A DNA stretch of 64,000 nt from Gordius albopunctatus (Eukaryota): assembly GCA_964276515.1 (NCBI GenBank), contig OZ193909.1, positions 7,812,001 to 7,876,000 on the forward strand, given 5' to 3'. Positions within the stretch are counted from its first letter, which is position 1. Every line of letters starts with the position of its first letter. The notes under the pieces are model-generated. The model worked only from the letters and a program-made list of their open reading frames with translations, was not told the origin of the DNA and made no database searches. A program made the position numbers and the translations under genes. Positions 1-13,204 of this stretch are shown here, in pieces.

Positions 1-988
1 CAAGGGGTCTTTGAAAAACGTTTTATCTGATCCAAAATCAGTTTTTTAAATCTAAGTCCAATCCGCAATTTTAAAATTCCATGAAACAAATTTTTATTGA
101 TTGAGTTTAATTTTATTTAAACTTTTTATTGTTTAATTTAAATTAGAAATAGTCCATTATAAAATCTAATTTAATGAACATTTTTCATATACCAACAAGC
201 TTTTTTATACAAACTAAATCAGCTATATAATTACAATTGATAATAGAAATCAAGGGGAAGTAGATGGGAATTGGACTTGAATAAAATATTATTTTCAAAA
301 TTATCATTTAATAAACATGAACTTATAAAATAGGGTTGGTAGGTGCATTCAACAAAAATTTCTATATGGAAATTCTGCAAATTAAATATACGATATATAC
401 TTTATTAGAAAATAAATATTTAACGGCAAAGTTAGTTAGAAATGGGAGGCAATTTTTTGGTATATAAAATGGGACCTTAAACATTAATATCATAGTTTAC
501 TTTTCATTAAATGATTTTTGTTATATGTGTATTTATATTTGACACAGTGAATTTGATATAAATGTTATAAATCGCTAAAACTAAACAAATTTATATTCTA
601 TACTTTAGGCTTATATATAGTCTTTTTTTCATATTGCACTTTCTATTTTAATTGAATAATAATTGGTTCATATCTTTATATTGTCAATGACATGTCGCAC
701 CACTAAATCAATCGCTCCCGAGACGAGATTTCGCTTTCGAGATGAGATCACAACACTAAAAACAATCAAACTCGGCTTATAAAATCATTTTAAATACTAA
801 TTTTTGTGATGAACTAGTTCATTTATATTGCAAAGTTCAAGTTGAGAATATTAAAAAAAGAACTAGTTAAGTTCATAGTTCAATTTTTGGAAAGGTAACT
901 AGTTGCCTTCGAAGTTCAGAAAAAAGTGAACTAGTTCTTAACAGCTCTAGTTAAAATTATAAAAATAGATATAAAACAGTGGTGATAC

Positions 989-3900
989 CGTCACTAGCTT
1001 GTTTTTCGGAATAGGTTGTAACATCGCGGCATAAAGGCTTATCATAGCGATCAACACCTAAGGACTCCCGTTTTTTCAGGGTTTCGTAGTCTGAGGCTTT
1101 AGTCGTTTTGTCGTGGATTTCAGCCATACATTCGCCTGCCAACTCATTCTCCGTTTTTAGTGATCTTCAATATATAATTAAAATTTTCACATAAAATAAA
1201 TTATGTCACTTTTTCTAAATCAAAACTTGATTTTTCTTATGTAAAAGCCAAATTTTTAAAATTCATTTTAGATCTTTATAATCCACATAGGGTTTAAAAA
1301 AGTTTGGTGAATAAAATTTTTTAGCCGAAATGCGTTATAATCGAATAAAACGAAAACGGAACGGTAGACAAGCCTTATAATATCAATAAAATGTTTTACA
1401 CTTACTTCTGACAATCCGGGTACTGCATTAAAATTTTAAGATTGTTTCGTAAAAAACCAAATTCGATTTAACAGTTCATAAATTGCCGATCTTAGCAAAT
1501 AACTCGCACCCAGCAGGCCCAATAACAATGGAAAAATAATTACCGGTCTGCCTGGCCGTCCGCCCATATCGCGACTAGCATACTAAAGCCTGTCCGCACT
1601 TAATGGGAAATAATACAACACACACCTTACTACTCCCAACCTTAATTGGACTGACTCGTGGTCGTACCCAGCCAGACCCCAAAAAGACCCATTAAATCAC
1701 TCAATGCCCTATTTACACAACAACGAAGGGACTTTACATTAAGTATTACTTGAACCACTTAGTAAATATTAATATAGAAGGCGTAAAATTTTTGGTATAA
1801 AATGTTCAATTTTTGGTATAAAACTCGAAAAAGCTATCGGCGTAGCCAGGGTGGGGGCTGCCCCCTCTATATCCTTTGTCGATATTTATTGTAAATATGG
1901 GTAAAATTTGGAAAAAGATCATTTTGCCCCTCCCTTAATTATTGTTGCCCCCCTCTAATTCCAATGCTGGCTACACCCACGGAAAAAGCTGTTGCTAATA
2001 ATTGTTCACAAACTAAGGTTTTAAAGTTAAGAGCAGCAATTAGACCAGGGGTCGGCAACCTGTTTGTCCTTAAGGGCGCAATACTAAATTTGAAAATCAC
2101 CGAGGGCCCATATTTTACTGACAATCAACAAGTATAAATAGGCATTAAAAACAGATTTTTTATAACTTTAGGCCGGATATGGGCGAGCTTTGGACTTTGG
2201 GCGGGCCGACAAATCAAGCGGGCCGGGCCTAGATTTAGCTAGGACCGTTAAAAGCTCGTTGCAAAATAGTTAATTTTTTGTGTAGTAATAAATACTTTAA
2301 AATAATTAGAACTTAAACAAAGACAAACGTCTTATATTTAAACTGTTTTTTTATTAATTTAAATTTATTTTTTTTGTGTCCTAATACGCAACACAAACAC
2401 ACTTACTTTTCCTTTTTCATTCAGACATTTACAAAAAGTACTGCGAAATTTGAATTGATACTTTATAAGTAAGACTTGGCGGCTGGTCGCTTATCAGAAG
2501 AGAGAAGAACCCGATTAAGACCGGAAATAATTAACAATTTATTGTTTTTACATGATAATTATTGATGTTAGTAACATATATTACTGAATATTGAATTAAC
2601 TTTTTAATAAAAAAATAACAATCGTTTAAAAATTTGCAAAAAAAAATTTTCGACGGGCCCGGGCCGGGCCTAGAAATTTTTGAAGCGGGGGGGCCGACCA
2701 AGCAAAATAGGCCCGTTGCAGGTCTCTATCATACATAATGATGATACATATAATTCAGTGTGAAACTTGGGTGTCCATATTTTCAGCTAATTTCTTATAA
2801 TTGGGGATATATTTAGAGTTCCCGGTCCTTAAACAATTATTTAATGTGATATATTTGTCACGTCTGTCGATTCATCCATCTGTAGCGAAAAAAAATACAA
2901 TTTTCCATATCATTTGCCAATTCTGCCTCCAAATTCTCCGCAATTACTTCAATTCTTCTAGTAACAGTTCGTGCTGATAATTGCAACGTGTTTATTTGCT
3001 GAAACTATTTCCTTTTTATTTTTAAATTCTTTAAAAAGTGAATCAGCAGCTTCTAACATGGCTTCTTTCACTAATTCTCCATCTGTAAATGGCTTTTTAT
3101 TCTTAGCTAACAAATGCGATATTTTATATGACGCGATCGTTGCTGCTTTCTGTTGTTGCAGTGGTTTAGTAAAAAAACTTTGCTGATTAGTTCTTGAAGA
3201 TTTTAAAGAAATATTTTTTTTCTTCTAATTTCAGAGTTAATTGAATAGTCACTATCAAAATTTGCATTAACGGTCTTAAAATGTCGTTCAATATTACTTT
3301 TCTTGGGAATCGCAAAACTATTATTACACAACAAACAAATAAACTTCCCTTTGTAATCAACGAAACAATATAGATGTTCGCATTCATCGTTAAAATAATA
3401 TGTACTTTTACTTTTACATTTATCCATGAAGGGTTTAGAAACAAAAGAATTATTTGGGATTACTTGGTAGTTTTAAATGCACGGTCTACGCGTGGCCTAT
3501 TCGAAATACGATCATCACACACCAACAAAAAATACGTGCGTGTTATTAGATACGCTCATATGTCATACATTTACATAAGTCCAGCGAGGGCGCATTAAAA
3601 ATCGATCGGGGGCGGCGCCGCGTTGCCTATCCCTGAATTAGAGTATCAATACACATCGAGCGAGACAAAAGGAATTAGGGGAACACTAAGGTTGTGCAAT
3701 TGCCTTAATTAAAGAAAACACATATTAGAGCAACAAATTACACCCCAAGGTAAGGTAGTGTTGTAAAAAGGGGTGGGGGGTTTCGTTCCTTTGCTTTTTG
3801 TCTGCCCAAAGGTTATTACTTGGTCCACCTCTAGTCTAGGCTTAGTCGAAATTTGGGAAATAGACCTGAAACTAAACCAACTCCTTTTTACAAAACTACC

Positions 3901-5496
3901 ATAAGGACAAATATGCTCAGAGTAAATGGTCACTAAGAGCACAACGATCTTTCATCAAAACATCATATACTTTAGTTATTGACCGATTTAAAACAGGAAT
4001 TTCTATCAATAATAAGTACTTTCATTAAAATTAGCGTAGAACAAATCTTTATAAACAAAGGTTTGAAGCACGTCGTGCGCCAAAACATTTTTGTAATTTA
4101 AATCTTTAAATTGAACCCGCAAATTTTTGACGATACCGTCTCCTCATGTGGCAATTTCGATTAGGTGCTTAATGATTTTTTGTACGAATGCCCGGGAGAT
4201 TAGCTATTTGAAAGATTAACGGCCTGCCTCCATTTCATTCACTTAGTTATTATTACTACCTTAATAACTCTCTCTTTCTAGTTTCTCTTCCCTAAGCCAC
4301 ATTCTTAATCTCTACTTAACCAAGTTTCACAAAGAATGAGAGAAAGTAGGAGGGAGGGAGGGAGATTAACATTAAAGAATCAAAATGGATAAGAAAATAT
4401 TAATTTATACCCTCTAAAAACTTGCCCGTCCTTTCATCTATCTACGTCTACCTTATTGTTACAATAGTCCAACTTTCATTTTGGCAGTTATGTCGTTTTG
4501 GCAAGCAGCCATCCAACAAGATCGCCGCGTTGCGTTCGGCAGCTCGAAGATAACGTTCGCATATATTATATGCATTTAAACGAATTAATTTTCAATTAGA
4601 TTATTTTTTAGACGATAACCACATAATCCATGAGCGAAAGATAATTTATGCATGCGTATATGCGCAAACAAGCTAACATTTTTATGTTTTATGTGAGGTT
4701 GAATAATAAGGAAGGTGTAACGATTCGCAAAATATAATATGGAGCAAAAGTGGTTGGAAGTTAAGATTCAAGTATTCGTTTTAAGATTTTGCGGATATCC
4801 ATTCGACACTTGTTGTTGACCCATGACGTCAATTCCAAAAAATGCTATCATTATATTTATAGGCTAAAAAGGGGTAGCACTTCTTTAACCGATATTCTAA
4901 ATAAACTCGAAGAATAACTTAAACATTTTTGAGATTATAATTTGGTAAGTCAAATGCTTGCTTATACAATCCAGCATTATCTATATCTACCACCACAAGT
5001 AGAGAACTGCAAAGTCATTTTTTTCAACCCGAACTCGACCCGAAAGCATTTTAAAATTTTCTACCGGAACCGGGTTGGGTCTCGGGTCAGCGTGCATTTC
5101 TCTAACCACAAGCGTCACCTAGGCACACTGATATAAATCTGGAACATGCGCCAATCTTAAAAATTAATAGCAAAGGTAATAATATAGAGATGGATGTATA
5201 GGCTGAAAGAATCCATGCCCAAATGAATATTAGTTAAATAGGGAGCCAACAAGTTTTACCTCTTTGAACGGCGTTTGAGCTTGGCAGTTAATCGCGCTAG
5301 TGCGCTAGTACACGCTAACAGAGCGCTTGGAGTGGTTAGGGGGGCGGGGGGGGGGGTATATTTAAAATAGACACCAAAACGAGCAAATACAATTTTGGCT
5401 GTAATGGTACGTGATTCAATGCTTTATTTACCTGAAGCAGGCGTACACTATGATGCTGGAGGAGACGAAAAAGGTTGAAATTCTAGACGGGTCCAT
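989..5496 (-). CDS. Hypothetical gene: first two coding exons (5496-5432 and 1164-989) of an unidentified, possibly secreted or membrane protein; continues beyond the window start
   Basis: Exon A has a T-rich CAG acceptor, then ATG, MDPSRISTFFVSSSIIVYACF and an AG|GTAAAT donor (phase 2). Exon B has an AAG acceptor, an open GC-richer frame (R)SLKTENELAGECMAEIHDK...SEKQASD and a G|GTATCA donor. The phases join in frame. No homology recognised. Confidence 0.45.
1835..1981. mobile_element. hAT-type MITE (CATGGGCGTAGCC family)
   Basis: Degenerate TIRs tatcggcgtagccag / ctggctacacccacg with a perfect 8-bp TSD GAAAAAGC. Confidence 0.8.
2046..3635 (-). mobile_element. Internally deleted hAT (Charlie/Buster/SPIN-like) DNA transposon with a GTF2IRD2/EPM2AIP1-like transposase remnant
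   Basis: TIRs CAGGGGTCGGCAAC / GTTGCCTATCCCTG; TSD AATTAGAC/AATTAGAG with central TA. The minus strand encodes a BED-like CLLC...NIERHF, then KKPFTDGELVKEAM and FSLQMDESTD, then jumps to the C-terminal DTQVSH*. A TAGAGACCTGCAAC-ended MITE fragment is nested at about 2170-2727. Confidence 0.85.
3754..3900. mobile_element. Short MITE with GGTAGTGTTGTAAAAAGG TIRs (related copy at about 9462-9661)
   Basis: GGTAGTGTTGTAAAAAGG ... CCTTTTTACAAAACTACC, flanked by TAA-like sites; a second copy is in the window. Confidence 0.6.
5000..5104. mobile_element. 105-bp MITE with TAGAG...CTCTA termini, related to the terminus of the MULE-like element at 28071
   Basis: TIRs TAGAGAACTGCA / TGCATTTCTCTA; perfect 8-bp TSD ACCACAAG; internal cccgaaagcattttaaaatttt repeats shared with 28071-28200. 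Confidence 0.8.
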
Positions 5497-7978
5497 GAAC
5501 CAATATGCTCTGTTATGCCAAAAAACAAAATAATTAGGAAAGATATATATTAGGTAGGGTAATAATAATATAGCATTAATTAAGGCCTTTATGTTTTTGT
5601 GCAAAACCTAAAGGCTTAGACTAGTTAAATCCAAGCATGTCTTATATCCTTATTAATCCTCTTAAGCAGGGAAGAATTTGTAAATAAGCTTATATAAATT
5701 GATGGCATAGAGAATCTTGTGACTAAACTAGTGGTTCACTATGGAATATTAAAAGTTTTACAGGGGGAAAGATATATCATTAGTGTGTTTCTAGCAATTA
5801 CTCGGGCAAATTTAAAGTCACATCGTCGCGCTCTTGACCCACCTCGCTAATTTGATACTCATTTGAAGATGTTCCTTATATTATTAACAGGTCATCCACA
5901 CAGAGCGGCAAGTGCCAAATTATGTCGCATTCAAACAAATAAATAAAAAAATATAGGACCTGGTTTCGAAAATGATCGGATCCGACCTTAAACATTTCGC
6001 CGCGTATGTATATGTTTGTAAGCAAAATTGTCGGCGCTTTTAAGTTGAAATATTGTTATAATACATTTTTGCCATGGATCATGCATGCATGGCGTATAAT
6101 TAGCGCACCTTTTTATAGGTCGACAAAGTTTATGTTTTCACGCAAAGCGCGCGTACAACACGTTACCTAGGCTAGGCAGGACTCAGCCAAAAAGTGTCGA
6201 GCATAAATGAGCGCGGGGAATGAATAATGTTGTTTTATCAATGTTTTGAGAAGCAAACATTTAGCACATACATATCATTGAACAAGATAATTTCGGTCAA
6301 AATCGCCATTTTTGGCCCGCTTACTATCGATTTCCATTAATTTCACTATTCCACCTTAAACAACGACGATGTCATTGATTAAAAGGAGATGGGTTGTTTG
6401 ATTTGTGTAATTGAAATGAACTACAATACCAAATGATTTCTAAATTCGATAAAAATTTAAATCGAGCTTGTAACGAATTAGTGTTTATACAAATAATAAT
6501 AATCTCGTCGCATTAATAAAAAATTGGGAGGAAAAGTTGAAATATTTGGGAAATTGACCCATTACCACGCTTCTGATTAATTTCAATTAAAACAATCTTT
6601 CCTCACTCTTTCTTAAACTTTGAGGTCACCTTAGCTTTAACCATTCTATTAGTCAAGAAGACCCCTCCCTGCCTCCCTCCCTATCAATATTGTTCCTTAA
6701 CTAATTATATCATCCATATCAGTGTTTGCTATCACGTCTAATCTCACTTTTTTACGTCCAAGATATTATTTTTAAAATTCAATTATAACATGTAAATGAA
6801 TGATGATAATAGCCGGTCTAGCTAATGTTTTTGTAATTTAGCCCGAAAGCTGAGTTGTAAATTAATCTAAGCCAAAATAAATTTGATTTAACCCTCGAAA
6901 AATTAGTCGGAATGTTTAAAATATGGAAGGCTAAGGCCATATATAAATTGACCGGGGTTGTCACTTTAGCTGGTTGGTCACTCAAACACATTCGTAGATG
7001 GTGGTAATGGATGATTTAATGGGAAAAACTTTTAATTTGGAAAAAATTGCTTTTGTGAATTTTGATATAATTTTTCCAGCTTTTATTAGTAAGAAAATTT
7101 TACACTTCAACCGAACTATGACCAAGGTCTTCGATTCTTGCCTTCTGCTTAGTTTATTTATATAAGCCAAAATGACATTGGCTTAAATCGGGGCCAAATA
7201 ACTTTAAATTGAGTTTTAGATATAAATAGAGTTTGTGAAAAGGGCGCGAACCCGCAAAGGTCGATAAACAGTGCAGGCTATTATTTTATTAGGCTGTAGC
7301 AACCATTCGCATATATTTCTCGATCAAACAATTTATGCCAATAGTTTCCCACGTCTTCGCCTCATAAAATTATTTTTACAAGCAATGGCCCTCCTCCCCT
7401 ATCCTTCCCGTTAAATAATTCAACGAAGCCACAGCAAAAAGATTATGGAAATCCGGGTTTTCATAAGTATTTATAATGATGGCAATCTTGGCAGGGTGTG
7501 TATATTTGAGGACTAACCCCTTTTGCTTGATATACCTATACCACCACAATTACTGGACAGAATATGATTATAGCCTTCTTAATCCAGCAAATAGGAATAA
7601 TCACTATGCATGCAAAAATGGATATAAATGCATCCGATAGCCCATCCATACATACGTTCTCGAAAGGGAAGTTTTTTCACACTATTTCATCGACCAAACT
7701 AAGGGGAAAATGAATATTCATGTGATGCGTACACGCAATTTTCAACAAATACAAAATAACGGCTATTTGCCGGAATTTTATTTCATCCGAATCAGAAAAG
7801 TATTTAACACCAATGAAAAACCTGTAGCGATTTTACGATACCTCTTAGGTGGTCAATGACGGAAAAATCGCTGCGAAACGTCAAAAATTCTGTTTTAATA
7901 CAAGCCCGAGATGTATTTAGCAATAAGATTGTAAAAAATATAAATTGTTTAAGGTTCAGGCCCGATGCATATTATGGG

Positions 7979-8514
7979 TAGAGCCCTGCAAAATACAAAA
8001 CTTTTCTACCCGAGTCCGGCCCGAACAACTTTTTTATTTGTAGCCCGACCCGAACCCGATTTTTCAAATAAAAATTTTCAAAATTTATTTTAAAATTTTT
8101 ACCATATAAATATATAATGTATTAAATTGTTATTACTCGTAATTAATAACTAGGATGAGTTTGAATTAAATTTTCATTTTCACTAGCTACAATTTATTCA
8201 GCTAATAATTAAAAACTGTAAATTTTACTTTATGAAATATTTTTCATCTAACAGTCCCAAATAATTTTTTTTTAAATATTTCCTTAGTTTATCCATAAAG
8301 TAATAGCTACCATAAAAATATTTAAATACTAGAATAAGATTTTCAATTTAGGTCAAATTATTATTAGCAGGAAAAAGAAGCTGAAGTTTGTAAGCTAAAT
8401 TATGTATGGTGTACGAGATAATTAATTAATATCGAGTTGAGTTTGTTCAAATCATATTTTATAAAAGATTAGTTTGCGTCGGGCAGCTGCCCGAGCTCGG
8501 CGCGCAGGGCTCTA
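7979..8514. mobile_element. MITE with TAGAGCCCTGC TIRs
   Basis: TAGAGCCCTGC ... GCAGGGCTCTA with subterminal CCCGA repeats; no clear TSD; a matching right end also occurs at about 13050-13167. Confidence 0.6.
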
Positions 8515-9687
8515 GCCAGGGCTAATAATCTTTAACTATTTCGTCAGGCTTCACTCCAAAGTAATATTATTGCCTTGGCCGACTTGTTCAACGTTCTACA
8601 TTCGGTAGGTGTGCTGCCTAAAAACAACAACAAAAACTCGTAAAGACAGTGAGTGGAGAAGGGGTTTGGAGTGCACGCGCCTGCCCGCATTCGCAAAACA
8701 GTAAACGGCGCGACCTCGTTTAAGCTATTAGTAAGTAAATCTTCTCGCATGTATCGAGGAGGCGTGTCTATCGATCTGATCAATTTCTGAAATTAAGCAT
8801 CTCGCACCCCCCCCTATTAATAATACACTCTACCTACAATACTCAGGCTCTTATCGGGGGGAGGCGTGCTCCCTTTGTTAAGGATGAGCGATCTAATCCA
8901 TCCTTTGCGAAAAAAAGTAGGTTTTTGAAATGAGATAAAAATTTGAAACAGCTACAGAGCCTTGCTTTGCTATCATGAGAATGCGAGATTAGTCGCGAAT
9001 TAATGAAAACAAAAACATGCGTGCCGTTAAGTTTAACCCTAAAACATCCCCAACTTGATTTAATCAAATATCAGTAATTCGATTCGTTTTTCAAAAAGAA
9101 CATTATAGGAGTACGATTTTAATTTTTATAATTAAAGACCGTCCCGCATCAAGCCACATTGCATTATTTTTCTCTATAGGAGACATTATGCTTAGGGTTA
9201 AATTTAATTTTCATAGCTCTATCTATAAAAAAACGAAGCTAAAACAAAGTTTTATAATTCAATTTAGGATCTAAAATTAATGCTAAAGTTTCCATTTACG
9301 ATCGAGCTCGAAATGAGACCAAGCCCGCTTAAAACCATAAAGTTTTTTGCGCAAAACTCGGTTAAACACCTCGTGTCGTGCAAAGCCCCATCCAAAATCC
9401 AATGTGGAAAACCCAATTCTAAGCAACCAGGCTCAATTACAATAGTAAAACTGCCACCAACTAGTGTTGTAAAAAAGGGGCGGGGGTTTGTTGCCGCGAC
9501 GCTAACGCTCCACTCTGCTCTCTTTTTCACATCTCGACTAAGCGCAATGGTGCACCAAGAAAAATGGACACCAAAAAATCTTTGGTCTGCTTATGTTTAG
9601 TAGACTCCAAAACCAAAAGCCGACCCCTCAAAACCCCCAGCCCCGTTTTTACAACACTACCATAAACGTATTTCGTATATTATCTAC

Positions 9688-10000
9688 AAGAGGTCAGATT
9701 TGTTAATATGTTTCTGCCCAAACCCCACCCGATTTTATAATTAATCAGCCCGCTCGAGCCCGCCCTTACTCTTCTATGTGTCCGCCCGACAATGCCCGAA
9801 TTATCAGAGCTGCCCGGCCCGAAATGGTGTGTTTTAAAAAATTTTATCTTGATTTTTGATTTTTCCTTTGAATGAGAGCTACGCCTAACAAATATTATGA
9901 AATCAAATTAAAAAGTGACGAAATATAGACAAAAACAATATAAAACATTATTTGAAAAACAAAATTGAGCGGGCAGCGGGCCGGGCAAATCTGGTCTCTG
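9688..10000. mobile_element. hAT-type MITE (AGAGGTCAGATTTG family; related copies at about 21524 and 36998)
   Basis: TIRs AGAGGTCAGATTTG / CAAATCTGGTCTCT; 8-bp TSD TTATCTAC/ATATCTAC. Confidence 0.75.
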
Positions 10001-10849
10001 ATATCTACTAGCAGAAGCGGTAGTAGCACGCAAGTAAAAATTGCCCGAGGTGATGATGGGGAAGAAACTGGAGGAGGGGGGGAGCAATGAAATAAGGCCA
10101 AGATCGGGCACGGAGGCCAAAGCAATGAAAATTATAACGAGAATTAACCCCCATTCCCACTTTGACACGCGTGAAGGGAGAGAGGAGAGGATTGTAGTAG
10201 TAGTAAGTAGCCTTCCCTTTTCAACACATTTTAACATTTGTGCTGTGCTCAGGGGTTTAGTTTTTGCGAGGGAAAATATTAAAGCGACACTTAGTACGGG
10301 GGTATGATTAATTAAGGTAATATAACCATAAATTGCATGGAAATTAATTAGTATGGCGAGCGCGACAATAATCTTCACGGCCCTACCGTGCGCCGTTTGA
10401 CATTTTTTACACAAAGGCAAACAAACACCACTCTTTGGCGCCAGGTATAGGACCTGTTGAGTTATTAAGACAAAGCTCTCGGTTTGTTATTGTAATAAAT
10501 TTATGAATTCTAAACTATGAGTCCCAACCCTTAACATTATGATATGGCCAAAGTTCGTTACAATATGAAAACAAATGTTTTGAGCATACTGTTTGTTTAC
10601 CCCCAAGTGCAATTTTTATTATTTGTTTTATCCTCTACCTTTTATTAAGATTAGCCCCCATCCCCCTATTTAAAATTAAATTTTCGACCTGAACTGAGGT
10701 TCACCACTATTTTTGACAAAATGCAAATCATCGACCTAGTTAAAGTCATCTTAGGTGCACACAAAAGTTTGTTTGAAAATTGTATGGGCTATAGGTCGGT
10801 AGCCTTAACCTTCTTCCTTAGCCAGATAATCATAAAACTAATAAATACT

Positions 10850-10994
10850 CATGGGCGGAGCCATCATTGCAATTAGTAGGGGGCAGAAATGATTGGGGGG
10901 GGGGGGGGGCAAAATAAACATTTTTAGCAATTTTAGTCACAATTTTTGGATTTAGAAGCCACCCCCCTGCACCACCTCCCCGGCTACGCGCATC
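10850..10994. mobile_element. hAT-type MITE (CATGGGCGTAGCC family), degenerate
   Basis: catgggcggagcc ... ggctacgcgcatc with the same G-run/C-run interior as the copies at 1835, 35311, 39431 and 53382. Confidence 0.65.
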
Positions 10995-13204
10995 GCCCTT
11001 TCGATAATGGGAATTAATTTCAAACGACTACCTGCAGAGCGCGACCGTAAAAGGGCAGCTGCCCCCCCCCACTAAATAAAGATCCCTATAACTTCAACAA
11101 ATTTACGGTTTAAATATTCCTTATTTTGCCCTTCCCTATCTCACAACCAAGGTTTTTGTCCGCCTCTAAGAATAACAATACTAATTCAGACTAAGCTTAT
11201 CGCATTTAAATAAAACTTCCTAAGTTAGATGAAAAAGAAATCAAAATTTTGGGTGGGGGGGGGGGCTAAATATTAAATTTTTGCCAGGCTTTATGAAAAA
11301 TTGAGAATTAGAGTGAAAAAGAAGGATACAAAGGTCGTGTACAGCGGGATTTAGGCAAATCTTTGTCCCAATTAAAATATTTTAAAATCCAAACTTCGTA
11401 CTTAGTATGTGCAAATGAAGTGAGTTACCGGGTCGGAGCAATCAATTAGTTCAATATAGCACCAAATATTTTGCTTTTAAAACGATACAAACATCAATTT
11501 TCATAACTTTTGTGAAAGCGTAACTCAAAAATAGATGTTTGATCGGTAGATAAAGTATGAACAACGTCACTTAAAATACTAATTAATCCTAACTATTAAA
11601 TGAGGCAGAAATTTATGAAATAATAAAAGTGGTATTTAGTTATGGAGTCTGACATGTATGATGCTTTACTTCTGCCATTTACTTTGATAAAATATGCTCT
11701 GCATAACCCTAAAATATATATATAGGCAAATGGTATGCTTACACATTTATTATTATTTGCATTTTGTCAAAAATCAAAATATTTTCTTACTTTGAACCAT
11801 TTTTATAATTTCTTGATTAAAAAATTGTGGTGAAAAGGGGTTAATTTATGTTACATTTTTAAAAAAGAGAAAAGGCTGTGTTTTATGAGTTAAAATCCAT
11901 CATAATTTTAGAAGGTGATTTTTTATATTGCAACTTACTAACTATAAAAATATTAACATTTGCCATTTTAGATATAAAGGAACAGAATATTTACAAATTT
12001 GTAAATAAAATTTCCCTAGCCAAAATAATTGGTGTCACTCCTTGTATTGTTTAAAATTATCCCAACTTCCAGCTTGTCACTAATTGAGCTTTCTTCAAAT
12101 TATGGAAGTTTGATAAGTTATTTTGCCTTAATAAATGAAATTGGGGCAAAGATGCATCAAAATTGTTTGCACTCCACAGCCACCTCTTTACCTTTGATTA
12201 CAGACTAATGAATATAAATTAAGCATCTGAAACCATATATTAACTAAGCTTAAGGCCATCATCTTAAGTCCCTTTTTATAAAAAACAGTTATAAATATGG
12301 TGATTAAAGTCACTTCAAGCAAAACAAGTCAAAATTCACATTTCACATCAAAATATTTTGTAAATTGGGTCAAGGATAATATTTTAAAAAGAATATAAAA
12401 ATTAACAAAATATAAATTGACATAACAAATAGTTTTAGAATAAACATTTTTAGCTTAAATATAATCTATAATTTGAAAAAATTTAAATATATAAGTTATA
12501 AATTGCATAAAATTTGATTATAAATGTACTCCAAGTTGTACTAAAAAATACAATATCACCTCTACACACGATAATTAATATTATAAATATTTAAAAAGGA
12601 TAATATAAAAAAATTATTCATATTAAATATACCCCTTGAGACCCAGAGCTATCCAATCTTCTATCATGATATTTTTTAGATAATGAAAAATATACCATAT
12701 ACTTATTTTTATACAAAATTTGAATCTCGTGAAACATATGTGATTAAGTTAAGACACGAGGAAAATATCGGAGAATTGAAATATTTGTTCATCAAAAAAT
12801 AAAAAGTTCATTTTAATTATTCGTAGATGGATCAGAAATCAAGATCTACTTATGTAAATATATAACTCAAGTTAGAGCACAAATAACACTCTATAACCTA
12901 ATACATTATTGACCTTAATGAGTATCAGTCAGAGTCACAACAAAGTTTAGTCAGTTATATTATGATAGAAAATGGAAAAAAGCTAGGTTTGAGAGCTTTG
13001 AGTTTATTTAAATCCTATTTTAGAAAAGATTAATTTGCTTTAGTTCAATTCGGGGCGGGCTTGTGCCTCGGGTCGGGCCGCCACACCAGGCCCGACACGA
13101 GCCCCGATTATTTTATAAAATTATACCCGGGGCGGGGTGGGCTTCGGGCGGCCCGCGCAGGGCTCTAATGATAACTAAGAGTCTTTAAAGTAATTAATTA
13201 CTTT

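Noticed and set aside
9895..10420. 170-aa hydrophobic ORF and overlapping ORFs
   Set aside because: Non-ATG start, runs into a MITE, low complexity and no recognisable motif
11500..12900. Possible decayed coding sequence in an AT-rich stretch
   Set aside because: No recognisable protein motif or consistent exon structure on either strand
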